Assembly: GCA_050613775.1 (NCBI GenBank)
Contig: JBODTK010000131.1
Span: 310,001 to 374,000 of the forward strand
Length of the DNA: 64,000 nucleotides
Source of the DNA: Neocallimastix sp. 'constans'
Lineage: Eukaryota
Direction of reading: 5' to 3'
Part shown: one piece after another, positions 49,800 through 64,000 of the stretch
Position numbering within the stretch: the first letter of the stretch is position 1
How the letters are laid out: the number at the start of each line of letters is the position of its first letter
Notes under the pieces: generated by a model
What the model saw: the letters and a program-made list of their open reading frames with translations, nothing else
Databases searched by the model: none
Told to the model about the DNA's origin: nothing
Program-made: the position numbers and the translations under genes

Positions 49800-51960
49800 G
49801 AGAAAGTATATATAGAGTCGGTACCTTCTATTTGTGTAAAACAAGCCTAAGTTTTTCTTTTTATTATACTTCCTTTAGAATTTCTTTTATAAATAAATAA
49901 CTCATAATGTAGATATTATATTCGTGTCAGAAGGAACTTTATCTACTGATTTGTACACTTTTAAGTTTCTCATGTTTTCTAAATTCATTATTTACTGCTT
50001 TTAACCGCTCTAATTTATCCTTTTTGTTATAAATATCATTAAAATGTTGGAGGTTCTCTTAGTCCTAATTCTGAATAATATGTTATCTTTTTATTTATTT
50101 CATAATACTCATTGAAAATTAAATTTTTGAATTGATTATTTTCATTTAAATTTTAATTTATTTGAAATATTTTTGGTGTCATTATCACTCTCTATATTAT
50201 TAAGAGTACTTAAATCATGTTCATTTTATAATTTTTTTCTTCTTTATTACTATTTTTATTATTATTTTTATTATTTAAATTGTAATTTAAATTTTCATTT
50301 TTACTTTGGTTATTTTCAATTAAATTTAATTTATCTTTTATAATATTTTTTAGTACTCTTTGATTATTCATTTAATTTTAACACTTCATTTGAAGTTTCA
50401 TTATAATTTAAGGGATTATTTTCTTTGTTTACTTTTTTGTTACTTAACATTTTCCTCATTACTTTTGTTTTGTGAAATATTTATATTTTAATTAAAATTT
50501 GTATTTTGTTTATTTTCATTTTAATTGCTAAAAAATTGAAATAGGGTTTTCATTATTTAAATTTTCTAAATTATTTAATTTATTTAAATTAAAATCCTTT
50601 TAAATTTTTTTAATTTGTTAATATTTTTTTTTTGTTCATAATTTAATGGATAATAATAATTATGGGGATTATAGTTATAATTATAATTATTCAAATTATT
50701 GAATTTTTTTGGAAATTGGCAATTTTGCATGTTAGGTTTATAACAAAATGGAAATTGAAAAATTTGAAAAGAGTTTATAAATTTATTATGGAGAGCTAAG
50801 AAAAAATAATATTTGGATAAAAATTATAATTTGGAAATTTAATGTTATCATAGTTTTTTAAATGATTTTCATTTAAATTATCATTATTATTGTTGTTAAA
50901 TTAAATTTAAATAATTATTGAGATCGTTTGTACTATAGTTTGAACTAATATTCTTTTCTAAAAATGTTTAATTAATATTATTATAAATATTATTATTATA
51001 ACTGCCATTATTATTGGATATATTGTCTTTGTCATTATTATTGAATATATTGTTAAAATCATATGAATCATCTTTATTTGAAGTCCATATTATGATATTC
51101 TTTCCCCTCCCTGACTTCAGTAAAGTCAAAAAAAATAAATAATATCCCGAGGAGATGAGGGAGAGGCGATGTTGCCAATGCCAAGGTGACTTTCTAGAAA
51201 TGAAACAGCTCAAGAAAGAATAATTTTATTATTGAGAGAGTCGAAAATCTTGAAGGCCGTGTAGTTGATATCGTCGTATCCTAAAAAATTACCCTTGAAG
51301 AGTAGTATCCCTAAATTTTTTTTTTCTGATTTGTTTGGGGACAAAGAAGAAGACCTTACATCCAAAAAAAACTTTAAAATTTATTTTTAATCGACCTTTT
51401 TTATAGTAGAGAATTTCAAAGGGAACCTGATTTCCAATACCCTTATGAAATATTCTGTTGTGAATATAATTAGCTGTGTATACATATACAGCGTCTTTCA
51501 AAAATTTTATGATGTAGTTTAGCATCTCGGAGCATAGCGGTGACGGCAAATATAAGTGTTCCATTGAAACATTCAGAACGACCATTCCGTTGTGGATTGT
51601 ATGTATTGTAAATATTTTATTATAGAAATTAGAAAGACTATTATTTTCAAAATTCAGTTCCGTTATAAGAATGTATATATTTAACAGTTTTATTATGTAT
51701 ATTCTATACTAAACAGTGAAAATATTGAATATTTCACATTTAGATTTTAAACAAAATATCCTTCCGTATCCTGAGTAGTCGTCAAGAAATATAAAAATAA
51801 ATTTATTTCTATATATGGACGAGTTAGGAACACTAATAGTATCTATGTGAATAAGTTCAAACAGTTCATTTGCTCTATTGATAGAGCTTTTATATGGTTT
51901 ATTTTTGAATTTTGAAGGGAGGTACACCTCACATTTTTCATCAATTTTTACATTTTTTTT
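49800..51960 (-). mobile_element. Degenerate Ty1/copia integrase-to-RT remnant
   Basis: FELIHIDT, FIFLDDYSGY, DNGTE, ANYIHNR, FGCKVFFFVPK, and the RT start LENMRNLKVY near 49950. Confidence 0.8.
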
Positions 51961-51983
51961 TTAATTTCTCTTTAATTAATATC

Positions 51984-53236
51984 TAACAAAGCATAAGTAG
52001 ATCAAATCAAAATTATTATAAAAAATAAATTCAAAATAAAAGAAATTGGTGAAGTCAATTTCATAATAGGAATAAAATTTATAAAGCATAAAAACGGTTA
52101 TTTCTTAAATCAAGAAAGATACATAAACGATATAATTATCAAATATGGATTATCAGGTGCTACTCCTATTCCTAATATAACACCAATTGAAAACGAAGAA
52201 TTAAGAAAAACGAAAATGAATGAAACTACTTATAGAAGCGCTGTTGGAAGCTTATTATACTTAGGTATCTGTACTAGACCCGATATATTATATGCAGTAT
52301 CTAAAGCGGCACAAAAATCAAAAGAACCCAACTTGGAAGATTGGGAAAATTTAAAAAGAATATTAAAATATTTAAAGGGATCGATAAAATATGGTATAAA
52401 CATATCAAGAAACTCCAATGTCAAAGCTTTCGTAGATGCAGACTACGCTGGGGACACAAAAACAAGAAGATCGACTACAGGATTTGTAATTACAATAGAA
52501 GATTCACCTACTAGTTGGTGTTCAAAACTACAGCATTGTGTATCGACTTCCACAGCTGAGGCCGAATACTATAGTCTTAGCGAATGTAGCAAACATTGCA
52601 TGTGGTACATAAACTTATTGAAGGAATTAAAATCCAACATTAGTGGTATTGAAGTCAACATAGACAATAAAGCTGCAATCTATAAAGCAAAAAACCAAAC
52701 GATTAATCCAAGAACAAAACATATGGACATAAGATTGCACTATGTAAGAGAATTAGTAAAGAACAATAAAATAATATTAAAATATGTAAAATCTCAAAAC
52801 AATTTAATAGATAGTTTTACGAAATATCTAAACGGATCTTCCATGGATAAATTTAGAAATTCATTATTAACACAGCCAATGGACTTGAAAATTTATTAAC
52901 TTAAATTTTAAAAAAAAAAAAAAAAAATCAATTATAACCTTAAAAAATAAGTTATAATTGTGGGGGAATGTTAGAGACAAAATCGTTACATACAATTATT
53001 TATATTATTAATTTATATCAACCAATAATTAATCTCTAAGTAAATTAAATAATGTTAACTAAGATATAAAAATATGAAATAAATTTAATGTAAAATATCT
53101 CTTAGAAAAATATATATATCCTTGTAATAAAATTATTAATAAACATTTTATAATATTACTCATAACATAAAATACTTTGTTATATTGTTTTCATTAATAC
53201 AGTGTTTGTCTTAGATTTATAAATTTGTTTTTCACA
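51984..53236 (+). mobile_element. 5'-truncated copy of the 31814-40069 copia family with intact PPT and 3' LTR (52969-53236)
   Basis: ORF 52216-52899 is nearly identical to the C-terminus of 32031-33698. GGGGGAA then TGTTAGAGAC...TTTTTCACA is the reverse complement of 39801-40069. Confidence 0.92.
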
Positions 53237-54639
53237 ATTTTATTTTATTATTTAATTAATTTAATAATAAAATATAAAATTTTATTTATTTTAAATAAAT
53301 AAAATATTTAAGACAAACGTTTATTATGACTAAAAAAATTTTTTTTAGAAAATTAAATAAAAAAAATATATATATATATAATTACTGTATATATAAAATA
53401 ATTATTATATTTTTTTTATTTTATTTTAAATATTATTAATTATTATTAATACCGTGTTTATATTATCAACAGAATTACATACGTAATTGCATAATTGAAT
53501 AATTAAAAAAAAATAAATATATAAATAGTTTTATAATTAGTATTTTTTATAATATTATATTAAAGTATTAATTTTATAAATTAAAATGTTTAAAAAATTA
53601 TTAACTGCTTTATTAATTGCTAATGCACTGCATGCATTACTTACGTTTGTGGAATAAAATTGGTTTGACCAGCTATATATTCAAATATATAGCTGGTCAA
53701 ACCTTAATTCTAGAGATTGCAAAAATACATATATATGTAAAGGTTATGGTATTATAAAAAATAGTAATACTGTCTTACTGAATATGGCTGGTGTTGGTGT
53801 GGTTAAATAAATAAAAAATAGATTTTTTATAGATTAATTTTAAATTTATTATTAAACTAAATATTATTTTTTTAAAAATTAAGATAATATAATAAACCAT
53901 ATAAATATATATAAGTTTAACATATATAAAAATATTAAATAATAAAGTATATAGGTGAAATAAATATAAAATAAAATAAAATAAAATAAAAAAAAATATA
54001 TAATAATTATTTTATATATATAGGAATCATATATTTTAATTTTTTTCATTTATTTTTCTAAAAAAAAAAAATTTTAGTTATAATACCGTTTGTCTTTTAA
54101 TTATTATATTTTATTATAAAAAAAATAAACAAATACTAAATAAAAAAATTAAATGAAAAGTAAATAATTTTAATTATTTATAATTCATATTTTCATAAAC
54201 GAAATATATATATTAATTTAAATAATATAAGAATTAAAAATTAAAAGTTGAATAATTGATCCTATTAAAATAATTAATTATTTGCGTAGTAATATTTATA
54301 ATGTTTGATCAATATGAATCAATTATTATTAAAATATAATAATAACAATTAGAATTTTAATAAAATAATAAAAATCTTTTATTGAATTTAATATTTTTAA
54401 TAATATAATTAATTTTGAAAAGTATATTGATATTAATAAAATTTTTAATTATATAATATTGATATTAATATTAATAAAATTTTAACTAGTATCAAATAAA
54501 TCGGTTTTAGTTATAAATTACTTAATAAAAATAACTAAAAGATAATTTCTATTAAGATTATTAAATAAACACAATAGGTAAATAAATTTGTATTTTTCTA
54601 GCATTTTTTAAATTAAGATTATTTATTTTAAATTAATAT

Positions 54640-56041
54640 TTATATCGTTTAAATCAATTAAACAATCTTTCCATAATTTAACTAATTCATTTCTGTTGCA
54701 TCCATTATAAAATAAATTTATTTCCTTACTTTTGTAATTTTCAATTAAAATTTTAATTTCATCAGTTGCGCTAAATATTTTTTGCTTTTTTTTCCAAGTT
54801 CCTTTAGTTCTCTTTTGATAATCATTATAAGATCAATTTTCTTCTTCTTTTAATATATATATTAATTTATAAAATAAAGATTTATTTGGAAATATATTAT
54901 TTAAGTAGCTATTATAAAATTCTGATGCATTGTTTGTTAAATGCTCTATATTTTCATAATAATTCTAATTATTAACATTATACTTAAGTAAATAATTTTT
55001 ATTAAAATGTTCTAAAAATTGAAGAAAATTATTATACTTTTTTTTTTGACAAATTCTTTTTATTATAATATAAATATCAAATATATAGTTAGGGTTTATA
55101 AACGGTAAGTTCGAAATAGCTTTATAATAAATATATACATCATTATTATTCTTCACTTTATGATAACATAATATTTTTTTTTGTTTTTCTAATGATCTTT
55201 TGTAATGCCAAACACAATATTTAATATTTACATTGGGAAAAACTTTTTTTGAGGCATTAAATATACCTTGTTTAAAATCACAATGAAAATTAATTGTAGT
55301 AATTTACGTATTACTCCTAAATTTATTTGCATTTTTTTTATTTCTTTAAATAATGTTTCATATGTAGATTGTTTTTTATTTTTTAATATAGAAATGGAAG
55401 TCCCCAAAATAAGTTCTTGTTATAAATAACTGATAACTAAATTTCGGTGCTGCATAAAATGTACCGTCCGCAAATATATTTTTATGATAATTCGAAAATA
55501 AATATGCTTGGAATGGTGATTGAAATATTATTAGATCAGTATTTTTAAATATCATAAAATTTTCATTTCTTTTCGTTTTATAATATTTTGATTCAATGGG
55601 AATATCATCAAAACTTTTTATGTTTGGAGGAAATTGTTTATTTATATTTCTTATTATTATTTAGGATCTAATCGTACTATATTCGGGACATATAAATCCC
55701 ATTTCTTGAGAAACGGCATTAAATATATGTTTAGGTTTTATATCCATAGGAATTGAATTTTTCTTAATTTCTTCCTTAATTTTATGTTATGCTACTGATA
55801 TAGACACATAAATTTCTTTTTCGAGATGGTTATGTAACCTTTCATATTTTAAAACCTCCTTTTTATCATTTAAAATAATTAAAGATTTACATTTATTTAA
55901 AGTATTATATTCAGTGCATCTATAAACTTTTGATTTATCTTTCCTTTGAAATGAAAAATTAAATTTGTATTTTTTATTAACAATAATTTGTTCATTTCCT
56001 CGATTTGTTTCACTTATTTCAATTTCTATATTGTCTTCCAT
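54640..56041 (-). mobile_element. Mutator/MULE transposase pseudogene
   Basis: N-terminal YRC...C...HNH zinc finger (55787-56041), then IFADGTFYAAPKF, HCDFKQGIFNASKKVFPNVNIKYCVWHY and LTNNASE. Frameshifted. Confidence 0.85.
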
Positions 56042-56260
56042 TGATAATTAAAATTTTTCAAGAAAATATTTTAATAAATATACTTTTAAATGCTTTGAAA
56101 CTTTTTTTTTTTTTTTAATATTTAAAATAATAAACCTTTTTATAATTAATTATGTAATTATTTAAATAATTATTTAATTATTAATTATTTATTATTTCTT
56201 AATTTACTATTTTATTTATTTATTTTTATTTTTTATTTTTTTTTATTTTTTTTTTTTTTA

Positions 56261-56512
56261 TTTTTTAATGCTTAAAAAATAAATTTTTATTTATTTTTAT
56301 TTTATTTTTTAATATTTAAAAAAAAAGTTTTCTTATTATTTTTATTTTATTTTTTAATGCTTAAAAAAAAAAGTTTTCTTATTTCTTATTTTTTTTTTTT
56401 TATTTTTTAAGCATTAAAAAATGAAATGTTTATTTATTTTTATTTTATTTTTTAAGCATTAAAAAATGAAAAGTTTATTTATTTTTATTTTATTTTTATT
56501 TTATTTTTTAAT
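56261..56512. repeat. Tandem repeat of ~45-50 bp AT-rich units centred on TTTTTAATGCTTAAAAA / TTTTTAAGCATTAAAAA
   Basis: About five degenerate units upstream of the transposase. Confidence 0.6.
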
Positions 56513-56549
56513 GTTGAATAGAAATACCTAACCTTATAATTATTTATTG

Positions 56550-57295
56550 AAGTGCTATATTTCGCCAAAAGTTGATTTTCGTCCAGTTGAATTTTGCCAA
56601 ATTCTTGGTGGCTTATAAATTTACGTCATAAAATATCACCACAATTATTATTCACGCCATATTGAAAATATATGGCTTTTTAAAAATTGTAGAAAATAGA
56701 TATAAAATTATGATACAATTATATATACGCCCCAAGTAAGATTACGTGTTTGAGAATTGTAATTTTATTTATTTAATTAATTAATTATTATTCATTAAAA
56801 TTTTAATAATATTAAGTGTCTTAAAATTAAAAATATTTAAGCCATACAACAAAATACAAATTTTTGTAATAAAAATTTTCGATATGCACACTCCACAATT
56901 TTTTGTTGTCATTTTTAATTATATTTAATTAATATATGTTTGAGAAATACATTAAATTTTTGATGGCCATGAAAAAATCATTTTAACAAAATATTGTTGA
57001 ATAAGACAAAATTTTTTCTTTTTTACCCATTTTTATTAAAAATTTAATTAGGGTGTGGGGCATTTCGCCAATTTTTTTAAAAGCATGTGGCGTATTAAAA
57101 AAATGTGGCATTTCGCCAAATTGAAAATTATTAAATAAATAAATAAATCAATAAAATATTAATATCGTATAAAAACAATTTTAAAAAAAATTATTTTGAA
57201 TTAATATTTATTTATTTATTCATTTATTTATATCAATACTCCACTTGTCGAAATGCAACCTGGCAAAATGCAATTTGGGGAAATGCAACTCTCCC
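56550..57295. mobile_element. MITE-like element / DNA-transposon ends with iterated TTGCATTTCGCCAA-like motifs
   Basis: Three motif copies at 56555-56602, two at 57059-57120, and three inverted copies (GAAATGCAA) at 57245-57290. Confidence 0.55.
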
Positions 57296-57868
57296 ATTTA
57301 ATTATTCTCAACTTAAAATCCCTTATTTTAATTATTAAAAATATTTTAATTTTTTTTTTTTTTTTTTTTTTTTTAATTTTAATTTTAAATTTATTTATTT
57401 AATTATAAAAAACAGAAACAAAAAAACAAAAAAAAACAAAAAAAATAATTTTATTTTTGATTTTGTTTTTATTAATTTTATTTATTTTTCATTGTAATTA
57501 TAATTTTTATTATTTTGATAAATTATATATTATATATTAATAAATTTTAAATACTCATTTATAAAAAAAATTTATAATTGTATTTTAATTAAACTATTAA
57601 ATTCTCATATAAATATTACTCATTATAATCCTTAAATATCAGAATTTAAGACAGTATATGTTGAATTTATAGATTTAAAAGTATAATTAGAAAAAATATT
57701 TTACAATTTATTTGATATGCATTTATTTAATTGTTATAAAAAAATAAATGAGCCATCTATCGTACCAAGTAGTGATAAAATTGAAGATCTTTTTGAAAAC
57801 CATATTAAAATGAAAATATTGAAATTGTAAAATTAAAAATTGATTATGCCAATAAAAATTATATTGGT

Positions 57869-58039
57869 TTGAAAATAAATGAAAAGTATATTAATGGAAA
57901 TTATGCACTTCTCGGTGTCACTTTTAAAGATAATATTAAAATAGTTAAATTAATAATTGATTTTGCCAACAAAAATAATATTGTTTTAAATATAAATAAA
58001 AAGAATGAAAATGGAGATTATTCTTTTTTGTTTGCCATT

Positions 58040-58082
<43 letters not shown>

Positions 58083-59026
58083 TAGAAATAGTTAAATTAT
58101 TAATTGATTATGCAGTTAAAAATAATATTACTTTAAAAATAAATGAACGGGATAATCATGGTGATTATCCACTACTCCAGGCCACTAATAAAGGTAATAT
58201 TGGAATGGTTAAATTATTAATTGATTATGCCAATAAAATTAATATTGTTTTGAAAATAAATGAACCGAATAACGATGGGAATTATCCACTTTTCTTGGCC
58301 ATTAACAAAGATAATGTTGAAATAGTTAAATTATTAATTAATTATGCCAATAAAAATATTATTATTTTAGAAATAAATATAAAGAATAAACAGCAAAATT
58401 ATCCACTTTTCTTCGCCATTAATGAAGGTTATTTTAAAATTGCTAAATTATTAATTGATTATGCCAATAAAAGTAATATTAATTTAAATATATATGAACA
58501 GGATAATGATAGGTATCATCTACTTCTTCATTCCACTATTTGGAATAATGTTGAAATAGTTAAATTATTAATTGGCTACGCCAATGAAAATAATATTGGT
58601 TTAAAAATAAATGAAAATGATAATAAATATGGAAATTATCCATTTTTATGGGCCATTAATAAAGATAATGTTGAAATAGTTAAATTATTAATTGATTATG
58701 CCAATAAAAATAATATTATTTTAGAAATAAATAAAAAGAATAAACAGCAAAATTATTCACTTTTCACTGCCGTTTATAATAAAAATATTGAGATAGTTAA
58801 ATTATTGATTGATTACGCCAATAAAAAGAATATTGTTTTAAAAATAAATGAACGGGATAATCATGGTGATTATCCACTACTCCAGGCCACTAATAAAGGT
58901 AATATTGAAATGGTTAAATTATTAATTGATTATGCAAATAAAAATAATATTATTATTTTCGATAAAGATATAGGAATGTCATATGAAAATTTTAATATAT
59001 CATTTCTTAAAAGTTATTATAATTAA
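57869..59026 (+). CDS. Divergent long-ankyrin-repeat protein (about 9 repeats, no coiled coil; 5' end uncertain)
   Basis: 385-aa ORF with the same 39-aa periodicity. Starts at TTG with a frameshifted repeat upstream. Poly-Asn from (AAT)n at 58044-58081. Confidence 0.7.
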
Positions 59027-59537
59027 TTTTACAATCAAGATTCCTATCAGAACTATTATCGTTACAACTAACATATATTACCACTACTACAACGTTATAA
59101 TTACTAGTATATCTATAATAAACAACTATGACTAATATATATATAAAGTGTTAAAAGGAAGTCCCTTTCATCATCTAAATCCTAGATTTGAAATTTATCT
59201 TTTTTTTTTTTTTTTTTTTTTTTTATTCTAAATATATACATATGAACAAAGTTGATTTGAAATTTATTTAAAAAATTATTTATTTTTTAAATAAAAGAAT
59301 AATAATTATAATAATGAAAAAAAATAAAAATAAAAATAAAAATACAAGAATAAACACCATATAATAACACAATACGTCATTAAAAAAGTTCAATAGTATG
59401 TAGTCTTATATGACATTTATTTAAATATTTATTTTTTTATATATTTATTTATTTAAAACACAACCATCAAAAAACAAAAAAATAATAATAAAAAAAAAAA
59501 AAAAAAAAAAAAGTAGAGAAAAAAGAAACGAGAAAAT

Positions 59538-59539
59538 AA

Positions 59540-59600
<61 letters not shown>

Positions 59601-59710
59601 GTAGAAACATAAAAAAAAAAAAATTAAAGAAAAAATTTTTTTTTGTTTTTTTAATTTTTTAATTTTATATATTTTCAAAAATTTTTTTTTCATTTTTATA
59701 TATATAAAAA

Positions 59711-59746
<36 letters not shown>

Positions 59747-59770
59747 TATTTTTTTTTTAATTTTTAAATA

Positions 59771-59818
<48 letters not shown>
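59538..59818. repeat. (AAT)n microsatellite 59538-59598 and inverted (ATT)n 59771-59818
   Basis: Direct reading. Confidence 0.9.
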
Positions 59819-59819
<1 letters not shown>

Positions 59820-60639
59820 GTTATAATATGTGAAATAATGAGAAATAAACTTAGAATGTTGACTTGAAACTAATCTAATGATAACACAAAAGAAATTCTT
59901 ATTATAAAACCAATACTACCCCCGGGAATATAAAAACACTATTTTAAATTTTAATATTTCAAGTAAAATTTATTGCATAACCAAAGAAAAAATAAAAAAT
60001 AATATTAAAAAAAAAAAAAAAAAAAAAAAAGCATAATTAAACATATTAAACGCGTAAAATAATAAAAAAGAATTATTAATGGGGGGAGAATAAAGGTCAT
60101 AAACCTCATACTAAATAAATTAATACAAATAAAGTTAATATCTCTATTGTATTAAGAGAGATATAATATAAATGAATGGTGATTCCAAGCATGAAATAGG
60201 TACATTCAAATAATAACACAATATTAAAAAATCTAGTGTGAAATAGATTTATATAATAACTTACTATAATAATTAAATATAACCATGAGTTATATACAAT
60301 AAATATTTACGTTAAACAAATTAAAATTATAATAATATTTTTTATATTACAATATAATATATAATATATAAAAATATATTATATTTCTAAAAATATATTA
60401 TTATTAAAAACTTTATTATTCAAAAAAAAAAAAAAAAATCAATGAAATTAATTAAATATCCAGAAATGAAATAATGTAAATAAAGAAAAGTTAACTTTTA
60501 TGTTAGAGAAAAGTTACAAAGACTAATTAATTAATTAATTAATAAATAAAAGTTATATTTTATTTTTTAATGAAATATACTTTAAATTATTTTGCTGTAT
60601 ATTTCTATGTAGGGTTAGAATTTTTTTTTTTTTTTTTTT

Positions 60640-60800
60640 TACCTATTTGATAAGTAGCACAATTTTGAATATATCTTCTAATATCAATAGTAATATCTTT
60701 CCAATAACAAGCTTTCTTTAGTGTTTCATAAGTACTACAAAATCTTTCGTGTCCAATTTGAATGTGCTTCATTTATTTGTTGAAGTTTGTCTTTATTTTT
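60640..60800 (-). mobile_element. Integrase H2C2 zinc-binding domain remnant (gypsy/Ginger-like)
   Basis: Manual translation HIQIGHERFCSTYETLKKACYWKDITIDIRRYIQNCATYQ. Confidence 0.65.
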
Positions 60801-60901
60801 CTTAATAATTTTTCTGATGTTATCTCCGTCTTTAATGTATTATCTCGATTTAATTTTTATAATGTGGTCTTCTAAAAATTGACATTTAAAACGTTCATTT
60901 T

Positions 60902-61512
60902 ATGTTTTTTAGGTTAAAGAATAATATTGAAATAGTTAAATTACTATTTCATTATGCTAATAAAAATAATATTGATATAGAAATAATTATACACTGGGGA
61001 TTATCCGTTTCTCGAGCCACTTGTAATAATAATATTGATATAGTAAAATTACCAATTGAATATGCCAATAAAAATAATATTGAATTAATAATAAATTTAC
61101 AGATTAATAATGGAAGTTATCCACTTCTCTGGGCCGTTACTAATAATAATATAGATATAATTAATTTAATAATTATTATTCAAATAAAATTGATTTTGTT
61201 TTGAATATAAATGAAAAGGATAAAGATAGGAATTATCTGCTTCTCCAGGCAACTTATCGTAATATTATTGAAATAATTAAATTATTAATGGTTTATGCCA
61301 ATAAAAATAGTATTGTTTTAAAAATAAATGAAAAGGGTTATAAATATGTAAATTATCCACTTCTCGAGGCTACTAGAAAAGATAATATTGAAATAGTTAA
61401 ATTATTAATGGATTATGCAAATAAAAATAATATTGTTTTGAAAATAAATGAATTTGGAATATATTATCCAAGTGATAAAAGAACAAAAGTAAACATTAAA
61501 AAGAAAAGTTAG
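60902..61512 (+). pseudogene. Long-ankyrin-repeat gene fragment related to 57869-59026
   Basis: Two frameshifted ORFs with YPLL.A...NI.I.KLL..YANKN repeats. Confidence 0.75.
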
Positions 61513-64000
61513 AAGATTAAAGCTTCAAAAGGGAAGATCACATTTCAATGTTTAATATCTTTAAAATTCTCTTTAATTTAAAAAAAAAAAATTCAAAGAA
61601 ATTTCTTGGTTATGATATCAATCATCATTTCATCATTTCCATATGAAAAACTATAAAACTTGAAAAAAAAAAATTACTTCAATCAAAAACTAATTTATTC
61701 TGCCAGAAGTATTGTTGCATGATTCTATATTTAAGTAATCCTTTTTTTTTTTGTTAAGAGGCTGTTAATATATCTATTTTTTACCAAAAATAATTTTATT
61801 GATTATAAAAACTATTATTTTTAAATTTTTTTTTTATTTTGAAATAATATTAATAATTTATTAAAATAGAAATAATAATTTTCATTTTTCAAATAAGATA
61901 AAATAATATTTAAAACAATAAAAATAATCATGATGATTATTGATTTCAAATATTATTAGTAATATCTCATTTTATTAATATATTATTTATAATTAAAAAT
62001 TAAATTTACAATTGGGTATTTTTTTTTTTTTTAATTCTATATTATAATTCTTCAATTATTATAAAGTTATTTATTTATTTATTTATTATTGTTATCATTT
62101 GATATTTAATTTATTATTTTTTAATATATATTTTATTATTTCATATTAATTATAATTATGAAAAAAAATATCTTCTGATAATGTAAGTATTTTTCCTTTA
62201 TATATTATTTAATGTTTTTATCATTTATCTGTTTTGTATAAATTATTAATAATCGTAATTCATAATATTATTATTATTTAATATATCCGATTGTGAAATA
62301 TACTAAAAATTAATATTATTTAAGAATACATTTTGTATTCAAACAGTATAAAATAAATTAAATATAATATGCGCTATAGGAAAAAATGTAATTTTATTTA
62401 TTATCATTTAATAACAATACATATAATTATTAATAAAAAAGATTGCTTATTAAATTATATTATATTTTAGAACTTTAATATTACATGTAATTTATTCTTA
62501 AATTGAAAATATTAACATTATAGTTTTGTTTTAAGAATTAATATAATTTTTTAAAACTCCTTTATATAATATACTATAAGAGGTCATACAATAAGAATAA
62601 TGATAAAATAATATAAAATGAACACTCCTATATTTTCTATCATAATCTTTTATCATTAAAAAATTTTTTTTATTATATAATTCTTTTATATATTATTATA
62701 AATCAAAAAAATATATAAAGAGCAAATTTACTTTTTACTTAAAAATTAATCACTATCATTTTTAATATTAAATTTTTATATTCAAAAACAAAATAAAAAA
62801 TATTGTAATAATATTTATATCATAAAATTAAAGAGAAAAATGAGAGGCCAAACTGCTGTTAATAACTCAAACTCTGTTAAAAATACTTCTTTTACTGGTT
62901 CGAAGACTATAAAGAAGAAATCTTCAAGGATAATTAAAAATGTAACTGATATAGGATATCATGCTGCCATCTGTTCTATTCAATAAATAAAATTTATTGA
63001 ATTAAAATATTATATATTAAATAATTTCTACTGTTTTATATAATAATTACATAACTATACATTAATAATAATATATATTATAATTATATAAAAAATTGTA
63101 ATATATAAATTTAAGTTAAATATTATAAATATAGATTATTTTTTTTTAAAAAAAAATTTTTGTAAAGATTCTAATTATAAATATGTTTTAAATCCATAGA
63201 AGTAAAAACTTCTATATAGTAATTAGTAGTAATTATACTATTGTAATTATATGAAATGCTATTAATAAATATATTATGATTAATATTATATAACTAAAGT
63301 TAATATCAAAAAATTACATAAATAACAAAATAAAATACTTATTTTAAATATTAACTTTATTAATAAAAATAAAATAAAATTATTGTATAAAATTAAAGTG
63401 AAATAATTATTTATAAACTTTATTAAATATTACATAATTATTATAATATGTAATGTGATAATTCAAAATAATGGAATATAAAATAAAACAAATAATCTTA
63501 AAATTTTAAAAATAATATATATTCTTTTATACTATTAATTCAATAATAATTTTAATTTTAATTTATATATAAACTTTTTATACATATTTTTTAAAATTTT
63601 TCTATTTCGAATTAATAAAAATGATCTTAAATATTTTTATAAATATTATATATATTATTTATTTTTATTTCAATAAACTAATAAAAATAATTTATAAATA
63701 TTTAATTATTAAACTTTAAATTTCAAAAAAAAATCTATTTTTAAATATTTTCTTTATTATTTTTTTTCCTGAATAAAGTCACCAATTAAAATCTGGTTTT
63801 AATTAATTTAAATTAATCATCCAGATAATAAGTTTTAATTTATTTAATTAAATTAATTTTAATTAAAATAAAAATAAGAGAAATGAATGATTCATTTATA
63901 AATATAATAAACTTTATATTATAATAAAGCATTTTTTTTTTTGAAAATGAATAGATTAAATCTATATTATTATGCATTTTTAAATTTTAATTTTTTTTAT

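Noticed and set aside
59445..59693. Poly-Tyr/Phe ORF
   Set aside because: Translation of (AAT)n and poly-A tracts.
62840..62990. Slightly GC-richer patch that might be an exon
   Set aside because: No sustained ORF or recognisable motif.

Overview
An extremely AT-rich eukaryotic window. Composition, poly-A/T tracts and gene content suggest an anaerobic gut fungus (Neocallimastigomycota), but this is inference only. The main structure is a head-to-tail (+ strand) array of about 10 intronless paralogs of one gene family between 7 and 48 kb. Each has an N-cap, 1-16 unusually long 39-aa ankyrin repeats, a conserved domain, a 21-aa-repeat coiled coil and two canonical ankyrin repeats. From about 20 kb they alternate as A/B doublets, and two more divergent ankyrin genes lie at 58-61.5 kb. 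The array is heavily invaded by mobile DNA: two TSD-bounded Ty1/copia elements, further copia and gypsy remnants, a TRIM-like mini-LTR element with a solo LTR, LINE fragments, a tRNA-headed SINE with a 14-bp TSD, and a MULE transposase pseudogene. A tRNA-Ser/tRNA-Cys tandem lies inside one copia element. The three most notable observations are: (i) modular shuffling of hypervariable ankyrin repeats between near-identical paralogs; (ii) three different LTR families sharing a primer-binding site complementary to the anticodon arm of tRNA-Lys(CUU), implying half-tRNA priming; (iii) an ENE-like U-rich internal-loop hairpin plus a covarying pseudoknot found at two loci. All alignments and counts were done by eye.
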